A stretch of DNA of 64,000 nucleotides, from the IMG/VR virus record IMGVR_UViG_3300000101_000005, one strand, 5' to 3'. A program made the position numbers and the translations under genes. Origin of the DNA: a virus (taxonomy: Duplodnaviria; Caudoviricetes). Below the pieces are notes generated by a model. It was not told the DNA's origin. It made no database searches and saw nothing but the letters and a program-made list of their open reading frames with translations. Of the stretch, positions 36,491-45,791 are shown in pieces (positions within the stretch are counted from its first letter, which is position 1; each line of letters starts with the position of its first letter).

Positions 36491-37202
36491 TGTTGATCCT
36501 ATAATAATTTCTATCTACTGCATTTTCCATTGCCTCTGTTGGTAGTTTCTGCCAACACGGAATACTCAGAGATATTCGTTTGCCTTTAGGATACGCACAA
36601 TGATATTGCCTTGATGGAATATATAATGCATCTCCTGGTTCTAATTCTACGTCAATATCTACTTCCATATCCTTGTCATGTAACTTACCATTCATTAACC
36701 CTGTTCTGTGCATGTAAGAAATTTTATTCTTATACACTTTCCATCTAGTTTTTCCTTCTGCTTGAATAATAAAATTACAAGGATAATCATCATGTATTGT
36801 AAAAGACTTAGAATCTTTTAGGCCACAATACACATGTATTGCAGCGTGTACACTAAACATATTTTCAAATACGTTTAGAAAATCCATTGTTTTTTGATTA
36901 TGAAATCCGTAATCTAAACAGATTAATCCATAACCAGCATTTACTTTATCAAATATAAAACCTTTATCTTGTACACCTCTGTCATAAATCCAATTTTTTC
37001 TACTTACAGGTATTTCAATTTTGCTGTTGTCTAGACTTATAAGTTCAAAGTTATAGCGTTCTGTTTTGTTTGTGTGCTGCTCAATGTCTTGCCATGTGAC
37101 TAGTTCACTAGGATCGTCAATCAACTTCTTAAAGAAGTGTGGCTTATCGTCAAACGCTAAGTTTGTTTCGTTAAGTATTCTTCGACTGAAGTCGTTCATC
37201 AT
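36483..37202 (-). CDS. JmjC/cupin-4 domain hydroxylase
   Basis: FTIHDD, NFIIQAEGKTRWKVY, LEPGDALYIPSRQYH and RISLS. Confidence 0.85.
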   Translation of the reverse strand: MMNDFSRRILNETNLAFDDKPHFFKKLIDDPSELVTWQDIEQHTNKTERYNFELISLDNSKIEIPVSRKNWIYDRGVQDKGFIFDKVNAGYGLICLDYGFHNQKTMDFLNVFENMFSVHAAIHVYCGLKDSKSFTIHDDYPCNFIIQAEGKTRWKVYKNKISYMHRTGLMNGKLHDKDMEVDIDVELEPGDALYIPSRQYHCAYPKGKRISLSIPCWQKLPTEAMENAVDRNYYRINNV

Positions 37203-37797
37203 CTGTCCTCACTAACTTAACATTAAAAGATACACTTACTCTATCTTCTTCTGTTTTATTTCTATCAACACCGTGTGGTAACCATCCAGGAAACAATATT
37301 AGTTTACTTGACATTGGTTCAAATGCAATACAAGATGCACTAATTGGAGTATAACTCTGCATTGGTGCTGCTGATGCAATAATAAAGTCTTGCATATGGT
37401 TTTTATAAACATTAATGTTACCCTGCTCGGGTCTTGCACTTACATAATATACACCAGATATAAAAGCGTTATCATGTATATGTACTGAATTTGTGTTGCC
37501 TTGCTTATTAATATTAAACCAAAAGTTTTCCATTAAAGGTGTACAATAGTCTTCATGGTATCCGTAATCACGTATGCAATTATCAACCTGATCCATAATC
37601 ATATCATGTAACGGTTTCATTTCAGCATATGTATCAGGTCTAAAATCTTTTGACTGCCAGCCTCCTTGATTACTTAACTTTCTTCCATCATCATCATCTT
37701 TGTGTAGTTGATAACAAAGTTTTAGCATATCGGTATTATCTAATTGCGTTTGCTCCCACCATACTGGAGTAGGAAAGTATAAATCCATTTGCATCAT
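37171..37797 (-). CDS. 2OG-Fe(II) oxygenase (TIGR02466-like)
   Basis: SNQGGWQS, WFNIN, VHIHDNAFISGVYYV, LILFPGWLPHGV and RVSVSFN. Confidence 0.88.
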   Translation of the reverse strand: MMQMDLYFPTPVWWEQTQLDNTDMLKLCYQLHKDDDDGRKLSNQGGWQSKDFRPDTYAEMKPLHDMIMDQVDNCIRDYGYHEDYCTPLMENFWFNINKQGNTNSVHIHDNAFISGVYYVSARPEQGNINVYKNHMQDFIIASAAPMQSYTPISASCIAFEPMSSKLILFPGWLPHGVDRNKTEEDRVSVSFNVKLVRTDDERLQSKNT

Positions 37798-38600
37798 GAT
37801 ACGGTCCTCAAATCGCCCATTGTAACTTCTGGTGGAAAATCATCTGAAAATGCAAATGTATGGCTCCATCTAAAATCTACACTAGGAGAAACAATTGCAG
37901 CATGACTGATGTCTGCTTTGTACATAGTCATTTTTCCTTCAGTAGATGGTGCAGCACCCATACATTCAAATCCCCATTTACTTAATTCATCGTCTGTCAT
38001 ATTAAACCATGCATCAGAACGTTTAGGTGACTGCGCTAATTCTCTCCATGATTCAAACAAAGGATGTTTTGTATCAAGCTGAAAATCGTATACACAGTTT
38101 TTTACTTCTCCATGATACTTGTATAATTTTGTATTTGAATCCTCAATTGAATGATTAGTAAACCATAAATTAGCAACCAACCCTTTAGGATAATCTACAT
38201 GCGGAAGTCTATAACAAGTAATTGGTTTTGCTCTGTCTTTAAAATAAATATTGCCCCATTCGTGTATTTGAGGATCATACATATTCTCTTCAACGTTTTT
38301 AAGATAAAAATCTCTAATTAAAAAACAAATGTTTTTGTATACCCAGTCTGGTAAGTGTACAGTGTCAAACGGATTAGGATCCATGTTGCCTTCTGCACTG
38401 TTATCTTTAACAATAGGAAAACATTTTACTAAGTTTTTAAATATTTCAAAACCGTCATTATAAAACGGATTGTCTGCAATCCAATACCCAATACCTTGAC
38501 CTAAGTCAACATATTCTGTAGCAAAGTCATCTAGTGACTTTACTTTTAACACTTTATCTATAGTGTTTGCATCAGGGTAACAAATCTTAAAATCCATCAT
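37794..38600 (-). CDS. 2OG-Fe(II) oxygenase-fold protein
   Basis: PHVD, LVANLWF, MTMYKADISHAA and RWSHTF. Confidence 0.7.
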   Translation of the reverse strand: MMDFKICYPDANTIDKVLKVKSLDDFATEYVDLGQGIGYWIADNPFYNDGFEIFKNLVKCFPIVKDNSAEGNMDPNPFDTVHLPDWVYKNICFLIRDFYLKNVEENMYDPQIHEWGNIYFKDRAKPITCYRLPHVDYPKGLVANLWFTNHSIEDSNTKLYKYHGEVKNCVYDFQLDTKHPLFESWRELAQSPKRSDAWFNMTDDELSKWGFECMGAAPSTEGKMTMYKADISHAAIVSPSVDFRWSHTFAFSDDFPPEVTMGDLRTVS

Positions 38601-39199
38601 TTAATATTAATTGTCATTACAATTCTTTCTTTGTCTGTATTGTTAGGTGTAGTAAAATGTTTAAGCCACCCTGGAAAGATAATAACATCTCCTGTTTTAC
38701 ATTCTACTTCACGTAGTGTTTGTGTTTCATTAACTATCGGAAAGCTGCACATCTGATACTCTAACGGATTTCTAAATACAATATTTCCACTGTCAGGTGG
38801 ACATTTTAGGTAGCAACTAGCAACGAATGTGCAATAGTTATGATGGTGTTCTTCAGTATAACCAGATCTATAATGCCTATTAAACCACGATCCCGTTACT
38901 TCTGAATGTCGGTTATAAAAATTTAATTCTTCTTTGATGACTGTTAGTTTATGACCTAACCATTCTTGAAATTCAGCAAGTTCTTGCCACGTGTGTGGAC
39001 TTTGCCATTCGGGGTTTGCTACAGTTGATATAGCGTTGCCTTTTTCTAGAGCCGAGTTATGCTTAACAACATTAAAAACTTCGTCAATAGGTTTTTGTAA
39101 TATGTCTAAAGGAAAGTCGTAAGTATACTTCCATACATAAGGCGAAAAGAGATGAACTCCTCCATCATTATTCTGACTGCTTACCATGCTCTTCCTCAT
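38597..39199 (-). CDS. 2OG-Fe(II) oxygenase (TIGR02466-like)
   Basis: SWFN, EHHH...VASCYL, SGNIVFRNP, GDVIIFPGWLKH and RIVMTIN; exact start uncertain. Confidence 0.85.
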   Translation of the reverse strand: MRKSMVSSQNNDGGVHLFSPYVWKYTYDFPLDILQKPIDEVFNVVKHNSALEKGNAISTVANPEWQSPHTWQELAEFQEWLGHKLTVIKEELNFYNRHSEVTGSWFNRHYRSGYTEEHHHNYCTFVASCYLKCPPDSGNIVFRNPLEYQMCSFPIVNETQTLREVECKTGDVIIFPGWLKHFTTPNNTDKERIVMTINIK

Positions 39200-39434
39200 A
39201 GGTCTCTAAAGCTAAATCTAAACCCATAAGTGTTCCTTCCATTTTTAGTGTATCCATAGAAAGTTCTTGGCGTTTTGCAAAGTCAATAGAAGTAATACCG
39301 TAAGGATTAAGTTTTAGATCTGCAAACTCTGCTTCTAACTTTTTAAGTTCGGCATTTTGTGTTTCGAGGTCAGCTGTTAATTTTATCTTAACAGCAGTAA
39401 GTTTTTTAATATAATTGTTTTCCATATTTGTCAT
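39168..39434 (-). CDS. Small coiled-coil hypothetical protein
   Basis: 88 aa with a heptad-like Leu pattern; overlaps both neighbours. Confidence 0.65.
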   Translation of the reverse strand: MTNMENNYIKKLTAVKIKLTADLETQNAELKKLEAEFADLKLNPYGITSIDFAKRQELSMDTLKMEGTLMGLDLALETYEEEHGKQSE

Positions 39435-40222
39435 CCTTTGTGTTTATACTTATTTAGAATCTTAGAGGATCTCTGTAATCTTGAACCTAAATGATCATCC
39501 TCTAATATTACGCAATTAGCTGCATAATTATAAGCAGCTTCTCGTCTATGATCAGTTTCAGTTGACTCATCAATTATAGCATCATATGAACTATAAAGCA
39601 AGTCCTGTCTTTTTACAGGAATATACTGTGCTAATGGGGTTCCTGCACGGACCAGCGTTTCACCGTCAAGTAATTTCCAAAACAGTTGAACATTTATTAC
39701 ATGCGACTGTGTAGGATCTAGTATTCCGTGTGCTGCTGTAAACCTCGATTCATTGTTATATGTTACCGGCAATTGCAGTAGCAACATATCATCGGAAGCT
39801 TCAATTCTCCATGGAGTTTCAATTTTAATTGTAGTGTGTAATGTGTCTGAAGGATCATCTAATATTGGCATTGTTTGAGACTTGTCATGCGATGCAACAT
39901 AAGATTCTGTATTTGGTAAACCTTTACCAAATTGCATTGGTTCAGCCCATTCAAAAGATGCTCCGTCACCATTTGTTTTAATTTTAAAATCAGCAGGTGC
40001 AGTAATAATCCAACCTGTATTTGCAATCTTTCGTATGCCTGGACATTTAGATACAGGACTAACTCCTGGAGGTGGTACATTTTTAGTAAACGATCTTACT
40101 ATTGACAGTGCTTTTACAGGAGGGAATAAATCCTTTACACCCGGGTATACACTATAAAAACGAATATAAGACTTCTTTTTTTTAAAAAAGTTCTTTATAT
40201 TCTTAATCAAGTTTATGGTCAT
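39431..40222 (-). CDS. Hypothetical protein with a KCPG motif, weakly dUTPase-like at the C-terminus
   Basis: KCPGI...GWIITAPADF, TPWRI, HGILD and VRAGTPLAQYIP; start taken at ATG 40222 (track gives 40234). Confidence 0.55.
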   Translation of the reverse strand: MTINLIKNIKNFFKKKKSYIRFYSVYPGVKDLFPPVKALSIVRSFTKNVPPPGVSPVSKCPGIRKIANTGWIITAPADFKIKTNGDGASFEWAEPMQFGKGLPNTESYVASHDKSQTMPILDDPSDTLHTTIKIETPWRIEASDDMLLLQLPVTYNNESRFTAAHGILDPTQSHVINVQLFWKLLDGETLVRAGTPLAQYIPVKRQDLLYSSYDAIIDESTETDHRREAAYNYAANCVILEDDHLGSRLQRSSKILNKYKHKG

Positions 40223-41819
40223 CCACACCACCATATATATTATCTAGCAGGTATTGATAATGCGTCGGAAGATCTTTAATGTGATCTATAAGAAAGTTTT
40301 TATATTGCTTATACATTCTATCAACAGCACCTACTTCTTCCTCAAGCATTGCTTGTTCGTGATCATATTTGTATAATAGTGAAGGAGTTCCTGTTGGACG
40401 TAGCCCCATACCTGCTGCAATAAAGTTATGCCCAACTAGATCAGCAGTATAACTATGCGCTCCAGCTAAGTTTCCAAACAGATTAGGCCACTGACCTTGT
40501 TTTTGCATTTCGTCGGCATGCATACTCGGGTCGAATTCGTTAAGCTCACTGCACCAGCGCCAGTATGGAGTGTCTTCACGCATTGACATTGCATAGTGTG
40601 CTGCAACAAAGTCTCTAAACTTATTAACATCATATTCAGCCGAGAAGTTAAATCCTTCTCTTTCACTGCCTGTTACAAAACCTTCTCTACGATTCAGAGT
40701 ATCAACTAGTTTAATAATATTTTCGTGTGTTGTTAGTAGTCCTGTTGATTCTAAAGGCTCAACAAATCCGTAACTAAGTCCTACACCTACAACATTACCT
40801 TTCCATGCTCTATGCCTACGACCATGTCTAATCTTAACTTCAAACATTTCTGCCGCTTTAGCAATTTCTGGTGTATGTGTTTCTGCAATATGTTTTCTAA
40901 ACTCTTCTTTCGCTGCTTCAGGTGTTGTAAATCTTGTTGAGTAAACATATCCTGTGCCAATTCTATTCCATAAAGGAATGTTCCAAACCCAGCCGTTACC
41001 AAGTGCAAAGCAATCGGTTACATTGTGCATTTGTTTTTCTCTATCAGTATAAGGAAGTCTACACGCCCAAGCAGCGTCATTTGCTAATGTACCTTCAAAT
41101 GATCTAAAGTGCGATCCCATCCATTGTTCTAATAGTACTGAAGCAAATCCTGTACAATCAATGTACAAATCGCTGTTTAGAATAGTTCCGTCATGGCATA
41201 AAACTTGAGTAATATAATTATTAGTAGGATCTTTCATATGTGAATGAACTTCACCGTATATATGTTTTACACCTAATGGAATTGCAATGTTGTCTTTGAG
41301 ATATTGACCAAACAACTGTGCATCCATATGATAAGCAGTATCTAATTGCCAATTAAAGTTTCTTAGTACACCTTTTTCATTTTTAGTTTCTTTGTTATAC
41401 TCTGCTAGTAGTGTATTACCTGTACAAAAGAATCTAGCATATTCTTCAGGACCATAATCTTCAGGCCTCATTGCAGCTAAGTGCTTCCAATTATCTTCGC
41501 CTGATGGCTTATCAGTAAGATCAAGTCCGTTACTAAAAGGATACTGAAATACTTCACCTTTATTTTCTCTAAAGTTTGTAAACTGAATTGAATTTTTATA
41601 TGTAGCATTACACGCTGCCATCCAATCTTCATCTTTAAGATCAAGTAACTGCATGAATCTATTAATATGCCCAAGTGTACTTTCACCAACACCAACCGTT
41701 CCAATTGATTTGGATTCGATCAATGTTACTTCTAAATGTGGGCAACATTTAGCTAGTGCTGCTGCTGTCATCCAACCAGACGACCCACCGCCTACAATTG
41801 TTACTGTTTTATATCTCAT
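40203..41819 (-). CDS. Flavin-dependent (tryptophan) halogenase homolog 4
   Basis: GGGSSG, VGVGES, ATYKNSIQF, AYHMDA, LYIDCTGF, WVWNIP and FVEPLESTGL. Confidence 0.93.
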   Translation of the reverse strand: MRYKTVTIVGGGSSGWMTAAALAKCCPHLEVTLIESKSIGTVGVGESTLGHINRFMQLLDLKDEDWMAACNATYKNSIQFTNFRENKGEVFQYPFSNGLDLTDKPSGEDNWKHLAAMRPEDYGPEEYARFFCTGNTLLAEYNKETKNEKGVLRNFNWQLDTAYHMDAQLFGQYLKDNIAIPLGVKHIYGEVHSHMKDPTNNYITQVLCHDGTILNSDLYIDCTGFASVLLEQWMGSHFRSFEGTLANDAAWACRLPYTDREKQMHNVTDCFALGNGWVWNIPLWNRIGTGYVYSTRFTTPEAAKEEFRKHIAETHTPEIAKAAEMFEVKIRHGRRHRAWKGNVVGVGLSYGFVEPLESTGLLTTHENIIKLVDTLNRREGFVTGSEREGFNFSAEYDVNKFRDFVAAHYAMSMREDTPYWRWCSELNEFDPSMHADEMQKQGQWPNLFGNLAGAHSYTADLVGHNFIAAGMGLRPTGTPSLLYKYDHEQAMLEEEVGAVDRMYKQYKNFLIDHIKDLPTHYQYLLDNIYGGVDDHKLD

Positions 41820-41876
41820 TTTTAATCCTTTGGTAATATATACTACTATTATTTATCTGCATACATAGAGCCATCA

Positions 41877-43403
41877 CTAGTGGAATTGGCTATAATATTC
41901 CAGAGATGTTGGAAACGCATCTGTAATTTGTTGCTTTTCTTTGTTATTATTATCAATGATTTGCTGTAAATCTTTAACTCTATTATCAAACTCTACGTTC
42001 CAAAAATGCATATTACTATGTTTAAAGCTAGTATATGGGTTTATTTTATGCCCTGCTAACATGTAAATGTTAGCGCCTAATGTGTTAAATGATAGTTTTT
42101 CTTCTACGTTAAAGAATTGAGACCCTCGTAGTTCGTAAATTTCTTTTAGTAGTGGGCTATTGTTAAAGTCTTGTTGTTGTATATCTCGCCAATATTGGGT
42201 GTCGTCTCGGTTAGTCATAGCATAGTGCAACGTAATAAAATCTGCAAAGTATAAAAACTGTTCACGACACGTATGATTAAATGACTGTGCATCAAAGTTG
42301 TTTAATGCATCTTTACCTTCTGCAATGTTTACAAAGTTTAATAAGAATTCATGGACACTCATTAATCCATTAGATTCTAGCGGTTCAATAAATGCGCCAG
42401 CAAGTCCAATACTTATGCAGTTCTTAACCCATAGGCGTTTACTCATACCATTACGCATACGTATGTGCTTAAATTCCATTTCTTCTGCAACTGGGCCTAA
42501 GTAATCTTTAAACTCTTGTAATGCTTCTTCTTTACTAGTATACTTACTAGCATAGTTATATCCAGTACCAATACGTTCCCAAGTTGGTATTTCCCAAACC
42601 CAACCGTATCCTAGTGCGACAGAATTGGTATATAACCGTAATTCTTTTTCTTTATCTTTATAAGGTCTAGCTGCGGCCCAAGCACAATCGGTATAAGTTT
42701 TATTATTAAACTCCCCCCAAGGTTCTTCTAGTACACCTTCGATTAATGCACGTTTAAACCCTGTACAGTCAAAAAATAAATCTCCAGTAATTGTTCCGTT
42801 ATCTGTATCTAAACTTGTAATATAGCCGTTTTCGTCAGTTTGTGCGCCATTAACATCTGTGACTACATGTACTACACCTTTTGGCAAACAATATTCATCA
42901 CGCAAATATGCATAAAATTTATGTGTATCAAAGTGCCATGCTGCGTCTTTTTGTAATGACCAAATACCATCACCAAACATAGTAACCGGAACTTTATTTG
43001 AATCTAAACATTGTGAGATAGGAGACATATCGTTAACTAAATCTTCAAAAGGTACTTTAGTAAGATATTGATGTTGAAACCATTCTGCTACATTAAAGAA
43101 TCTCTGATCTAATCTACCAAATGGATAATGAAATCCTACTTTATCGTTTTTGTGAAAGTTTTCAAATCGGATACTTAGCTTGTTAATAGCATTACATTTT
43201 TTGATAAAATCAATATCAGGTATTCCTAAATACTCTTGCCATCTACGCATAAGTTGCGTAGTACTTTCGCCAACTCCTATTACAGGCTTTGTTGGTGATT
43301 CAACTATTGTAATGTTTTTGTTAGGAAATGCTTTTACCATAGTGGCGGCCGTCATCCAACCTGCACTTCCGCCTCCCACAACTACAATATTCTTAAATTC
43401 CAC
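41877..43403 (-). CDS. Flavin-dependent (tryptophan) halogenase homolog 5
   Basis: GGGSAG, IGVGES, AINKLSIRF, AWHFDT, LFFDCTGF, WVWEIP and FIEPLESNGL; GTG start. Confidence 0.93.
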   Translation of the reverse strand: MEFKNIVVVGGGSAGWMTAATMVKAFPNKNITIVESPTKPVIGVGESTTQLMRRWQEYLGIPDIDFIKKCNAINKLSIRFENFHKNDKVGFHYPFGRLDQRFFNVAEWFQHQYLTKVPFEDLVNDMSPISQCLDSNKVPVTMFGDGIWSLQKDAAWHFDTHKFYAYLRDEYCLPKGVVHVVTDVNGAQTDENGYITSLDTDNGTITGDLFFDCTGFKRALIEGVLEEPWGEFNNKTYTDCAWAAARPYKDKEKELRLYTNSVALGYGWVWEIPTWERIGTGYNYASKYTSKEEALQEFKDYLGPVAEEMEFKHIRMRNGMSKRLWVKNCISIGLAGAFIEPLESNGLMSVHEFLLNFVNIAEGKDALNNFDAQSFNHTCREQFLYFADFITLHYAMTNRDDTQYWRDIQQQDFNNSPLLKEIYELRGSQFFNVEEKLSFNTLGANIYMLAGHKINPYTSFKHSNMHFWNVEFDNRVKDLQQIIDNNNKEKQQITDAFPTSLEYYSQFH

Positions 43404-43465
43404 TATAAGTCCTTTGATAGATTATATGCTACTATTATTTAGTTGGGTGTGAGAGGTGTAGAAAT

Positions 43466-43490
43466 AAAAAAAGGCTCCGAAGAGCCTTTT
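43466..43490 (-). terminator. Intrinsic terminator with a cUUCGg tetraloop, separating the fibre operon from the halogenase island
   Basis: AAAAGGCTC-TTCG-GAGCC followed by TTTTTTT; a new CTAAATA motif follows at 43436-43442. Confidence 0.9.
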
Positions 43491-43521
43491 GATATTTGGA
43501 GTATACTCGCTTACGTTTTTA

Positions 43522-44031
43522 TTACATGCCTGGAATAGGATCGTTAGATTTATCTGTCCAACCATGGTATCTTTTCCAGCACGGCATATCTTCTGTGCTT
43601 GAATTAACTGGTTTGTCATTGCTTGGTTCTGTAGTATTTCTACGTACCATTGCCATTTCTTCAGTAATAGCCTCTGGTTCTTCTGGTGCAGGAATCATTG
43701 ATTTTACTGTAGCAATGTGTGATGCCCACGGTCCTGAAGCAGAAATAGTTCCTGATTCTTGAATTTCGTGGAACAACATATCTAACTGTTCACCCACTTC
43801 GCCATAAGCAACTCTTCGTGCTTCTGAATCTTGTGTGTATGGGCCGTCTCTTTCAACCCAAATCATTTGTTGTTGCTGTGGAGACCATTCTAATGTCCAG
43901 TCTAATTCAATTTCGTCTGGTGCATCGACCCACTGCATTTTTGCATCTGGTCCGTTATAAATTTCGAACTCTTCGCCTGGGTTTCTAATATCCTGTACCC
44001 AGCCTTGAAATCCTATAAGTGCTTTTTTCAT
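43522..44031 (-). CDS. Probable tail fibre assembly/accessory protein
   Basis: RRVAYGEVGEQLDMLFHE...W..HIATVK resembles the R..AY....QLDML module seen after phage fibre genes; AGGAG RBS. Confidence 0.5.
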   Translation of the reverse strand: MKKALIGFQGWVQDIRNPGEEFEIYNGPDAKMQWVDAPDEIELDWTLEWSPQQQQMIWVERDGPYTQDSEARRVAYGEVGEQLDMLFHEIQESGTISASGPWASHIATVKSMIPAPEEPEAITEEMAMVRRNTTEPSNDKPVNSSTEDMPCWKRYHGWTDKSNDPIPGM

Positions 44032-44062
44032 GTTTAATATACTCCTATTTGTCTATTATTTA

Positions 44063-44917
44063 TTACTTATATTCCTCAACGACTACTAAGCCCGGTCTTC
44101 CATCTGAACCTCTATGTCCATGGAAGTACCCGCCTGTGCCGCCTGTACCTGGTGCACTGTGTCCCTGGTGATTGTGTGCAAAGTGTCCACCCTGTGGATG
44201 CCCTGCTGGTGCAGCACCTCCAAAGTATGTAGCGCCTCCAGGCCCAGCACTATGGTGATGACAACCGCCGCCACCTTGGTGAAGATTTAAGTTACCACCC
44301 GAACCGTTACCACTAACGCCTCCCGAGTGTTGATTTTGTCTATTGGCTCCATGTCCTGCACTTGCTGACATGTAAGGTCCAAAGCTGGTAGCATTTCCAT
44401 TACCACCTGCACCTGAATAATATGTACCTCCACCACCGCCACCAATAGTAATACCTACACTACTGATACCTGTGACATCCATAATTCTTTCTGAGTAACC
44501 ACCAGCACCACCTGACTCTCCGTGACCACTTGCGCCACCGCCGCCGCCGACTAGTTTAACTCTAATATATCTTACGCCACTTGGTCTGTTCCAAGTACCG
44601 TTACCTGTAAAAACTTGTATACCCGAAAAGCCTTCATTTCTATATTCTAAACCATTACCTGCTGAGTTTGCAGAAAGAATAGTATTATTTCCGCCAACAC
44701 TTGTAAGTCCAGTACCACCTCTACCAACTGGAACTGTACCTGTTACTACTGATGAACCTAAGTTAACAGCAGCATCTGCTAGTTTGTTTGCGTCAACAGC
44801 GCCAGATGCAATATCGTCTGCTGTAACTGTAGTAGCGGCTATCTTTGATCCTGTTAGTGTAGCATCAATAAATGCTTCACCTGTGTACTGTTTTAGTGTT
44901 TGATAGTTAAATGCCAT
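44063..44917 (-). CDS. Glycine-rich fibre-like protein, paralog 3 of 3
   Basis: MAFNYQTLK; FTGNGTWNRPSGVRYIRVKLVGGGGG; HPQGGHFAHNHQGH; GHRGSDGRPGL. Confidence 0.75.
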   Translation of the reverse strand: MAFNYQTLKQYTGEAFIDATLTGSKIAATTVTADDIASGAVDANKLADAAVNLGSSVVTGTVPVGRGGTGLTSVGGNNTILSANSAGNGLEYRNEGFSGIQVFTGNGTWNRPSGVRYIRVKLVGGGGGASGHGESGGAGGYSERIMDVTGISSVGITIGGGGGGTYYSGAGGNGNATSFGPYMSASAGHGANRQNQHSGGVSGNGSGGNLNLHQGGGGCHHHSAGPGGATYFGGAAPAGHPQGGHFAHNHQGHSAPGTGGTGGYFHGHRGSDGRPGLVVVEEYK

Positions 44918-44918
44918 T

Positions 44919-45776
44919 TTAATAAAACTCCGTTACTATGATTAATCCCGGTCTACCGTCGGCGCCTCTATGTCCACTAAAATAACCTGCTGTTCCACCT
45001 GTACCTGGTGAACTATGTCCCTGGTGATTGTGTGCAAAATGCCCACCCTGTGGATGTCCTGATGGACCTGGTCCACCAAAGAAACTTGCTCCTCCCATAC
45101 CTGACGAACGTTCTTCGTGACAACCGCCACCACCGCCGTATATGTTTAAGTCTCCTCCGCTTCCAACTCCTGATAAACCTCCGTTGTGCTGATTATGTCT
45201 GTTTGCTCCGTGGCCTCCAGATGCACTTAGATATGGACCAAAACTTGATCCGCCTGCATTACCAGCAGCACCAGAGTAGTATGTTCCTCCTCCACCGCCT
45301 GCAACACTACAAGTTACTGAGCTAATTCCTGTAACATCTATAATTTTTTCTGAGTAACCACCAGATGCGCCAGCTTCGCCGTGGCCACCGCCACCGCCTC
45401 CTGCTCCTTGTACTTGTACAAGAATATATCTTACGCCAGCTGGTTTAGTCCAGGTACCTGTACTTGTGTAAACACTCATACCTCTGATACCTGTTGGTGC
45501 AAATGTTAAGTTATTATTGCTTGAATTCATTGTTAGTGCTTGATATGAACTACCGACAGCAGTTTGTCCTGTACCACCTTTACTAAATGCCGCTGTACCA
45601 GATACTACACTACCACCTAAATTAACAGCACCTGCTGCCATTTTACCACTAGTAATAGAGCCATTGGCTAGTTTTGCATTTGTGACCGAATCTGTTCCTA
45701 AATCTGCTCCTGTAACAGTAGCACCATCTAAGGAAGTATTGCTTAGTTTTTTAAGTGTTTGATAATTAAATGCCAT
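44919..45776 (-). CDS. Glycine-rich fibre-like protein, paralog 2 of 3
   Basis: MAFNYQTLK; YTSTGTWTKPAGVRYILVQVQGAGGGG; HPQGGHFAHNHQGH; GHRGADGRPGL. Confidence 0.75.
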   Translation of the reverse strand: MAFNYQTLKKLSNTSLDGATVTGADLGTDSVTNAKLANGSITSGKMAAGAVNLGGSVVSGTAAFSKGGTGQTAVGSSYQALTMNSSNNNLTFAPTGIRGMSVYTSTGTWTKPAGVRYILVQVQGAGGGGGGHGEAGASGGYSEKIIDVTGISSVTCSVAGGGGGTYYSGAAGNAGGSSFGPYLSASGGHGANRHNQHNGGLSGVGSGGDLNIYGGGGGCHEERSSGMGGASFFGGPGPSGHPQGGHFAHNHQGHSSPGTGGTAGYFSGHRGADGRPGLIIVTEFY

Positions 45777-45791
45777 TCTCTTCCATACTCC

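Noticed and set aside
27012-43403. Classical secondary-metabolite cluster (NRPS, PKS or RiPP) or contaminating bacterial DNA
   Set aside because: No scaffold synthase, transporter or clear precursor peptide is present, and the island uses the same TAAATA late motif as the flanking phage structural genes.
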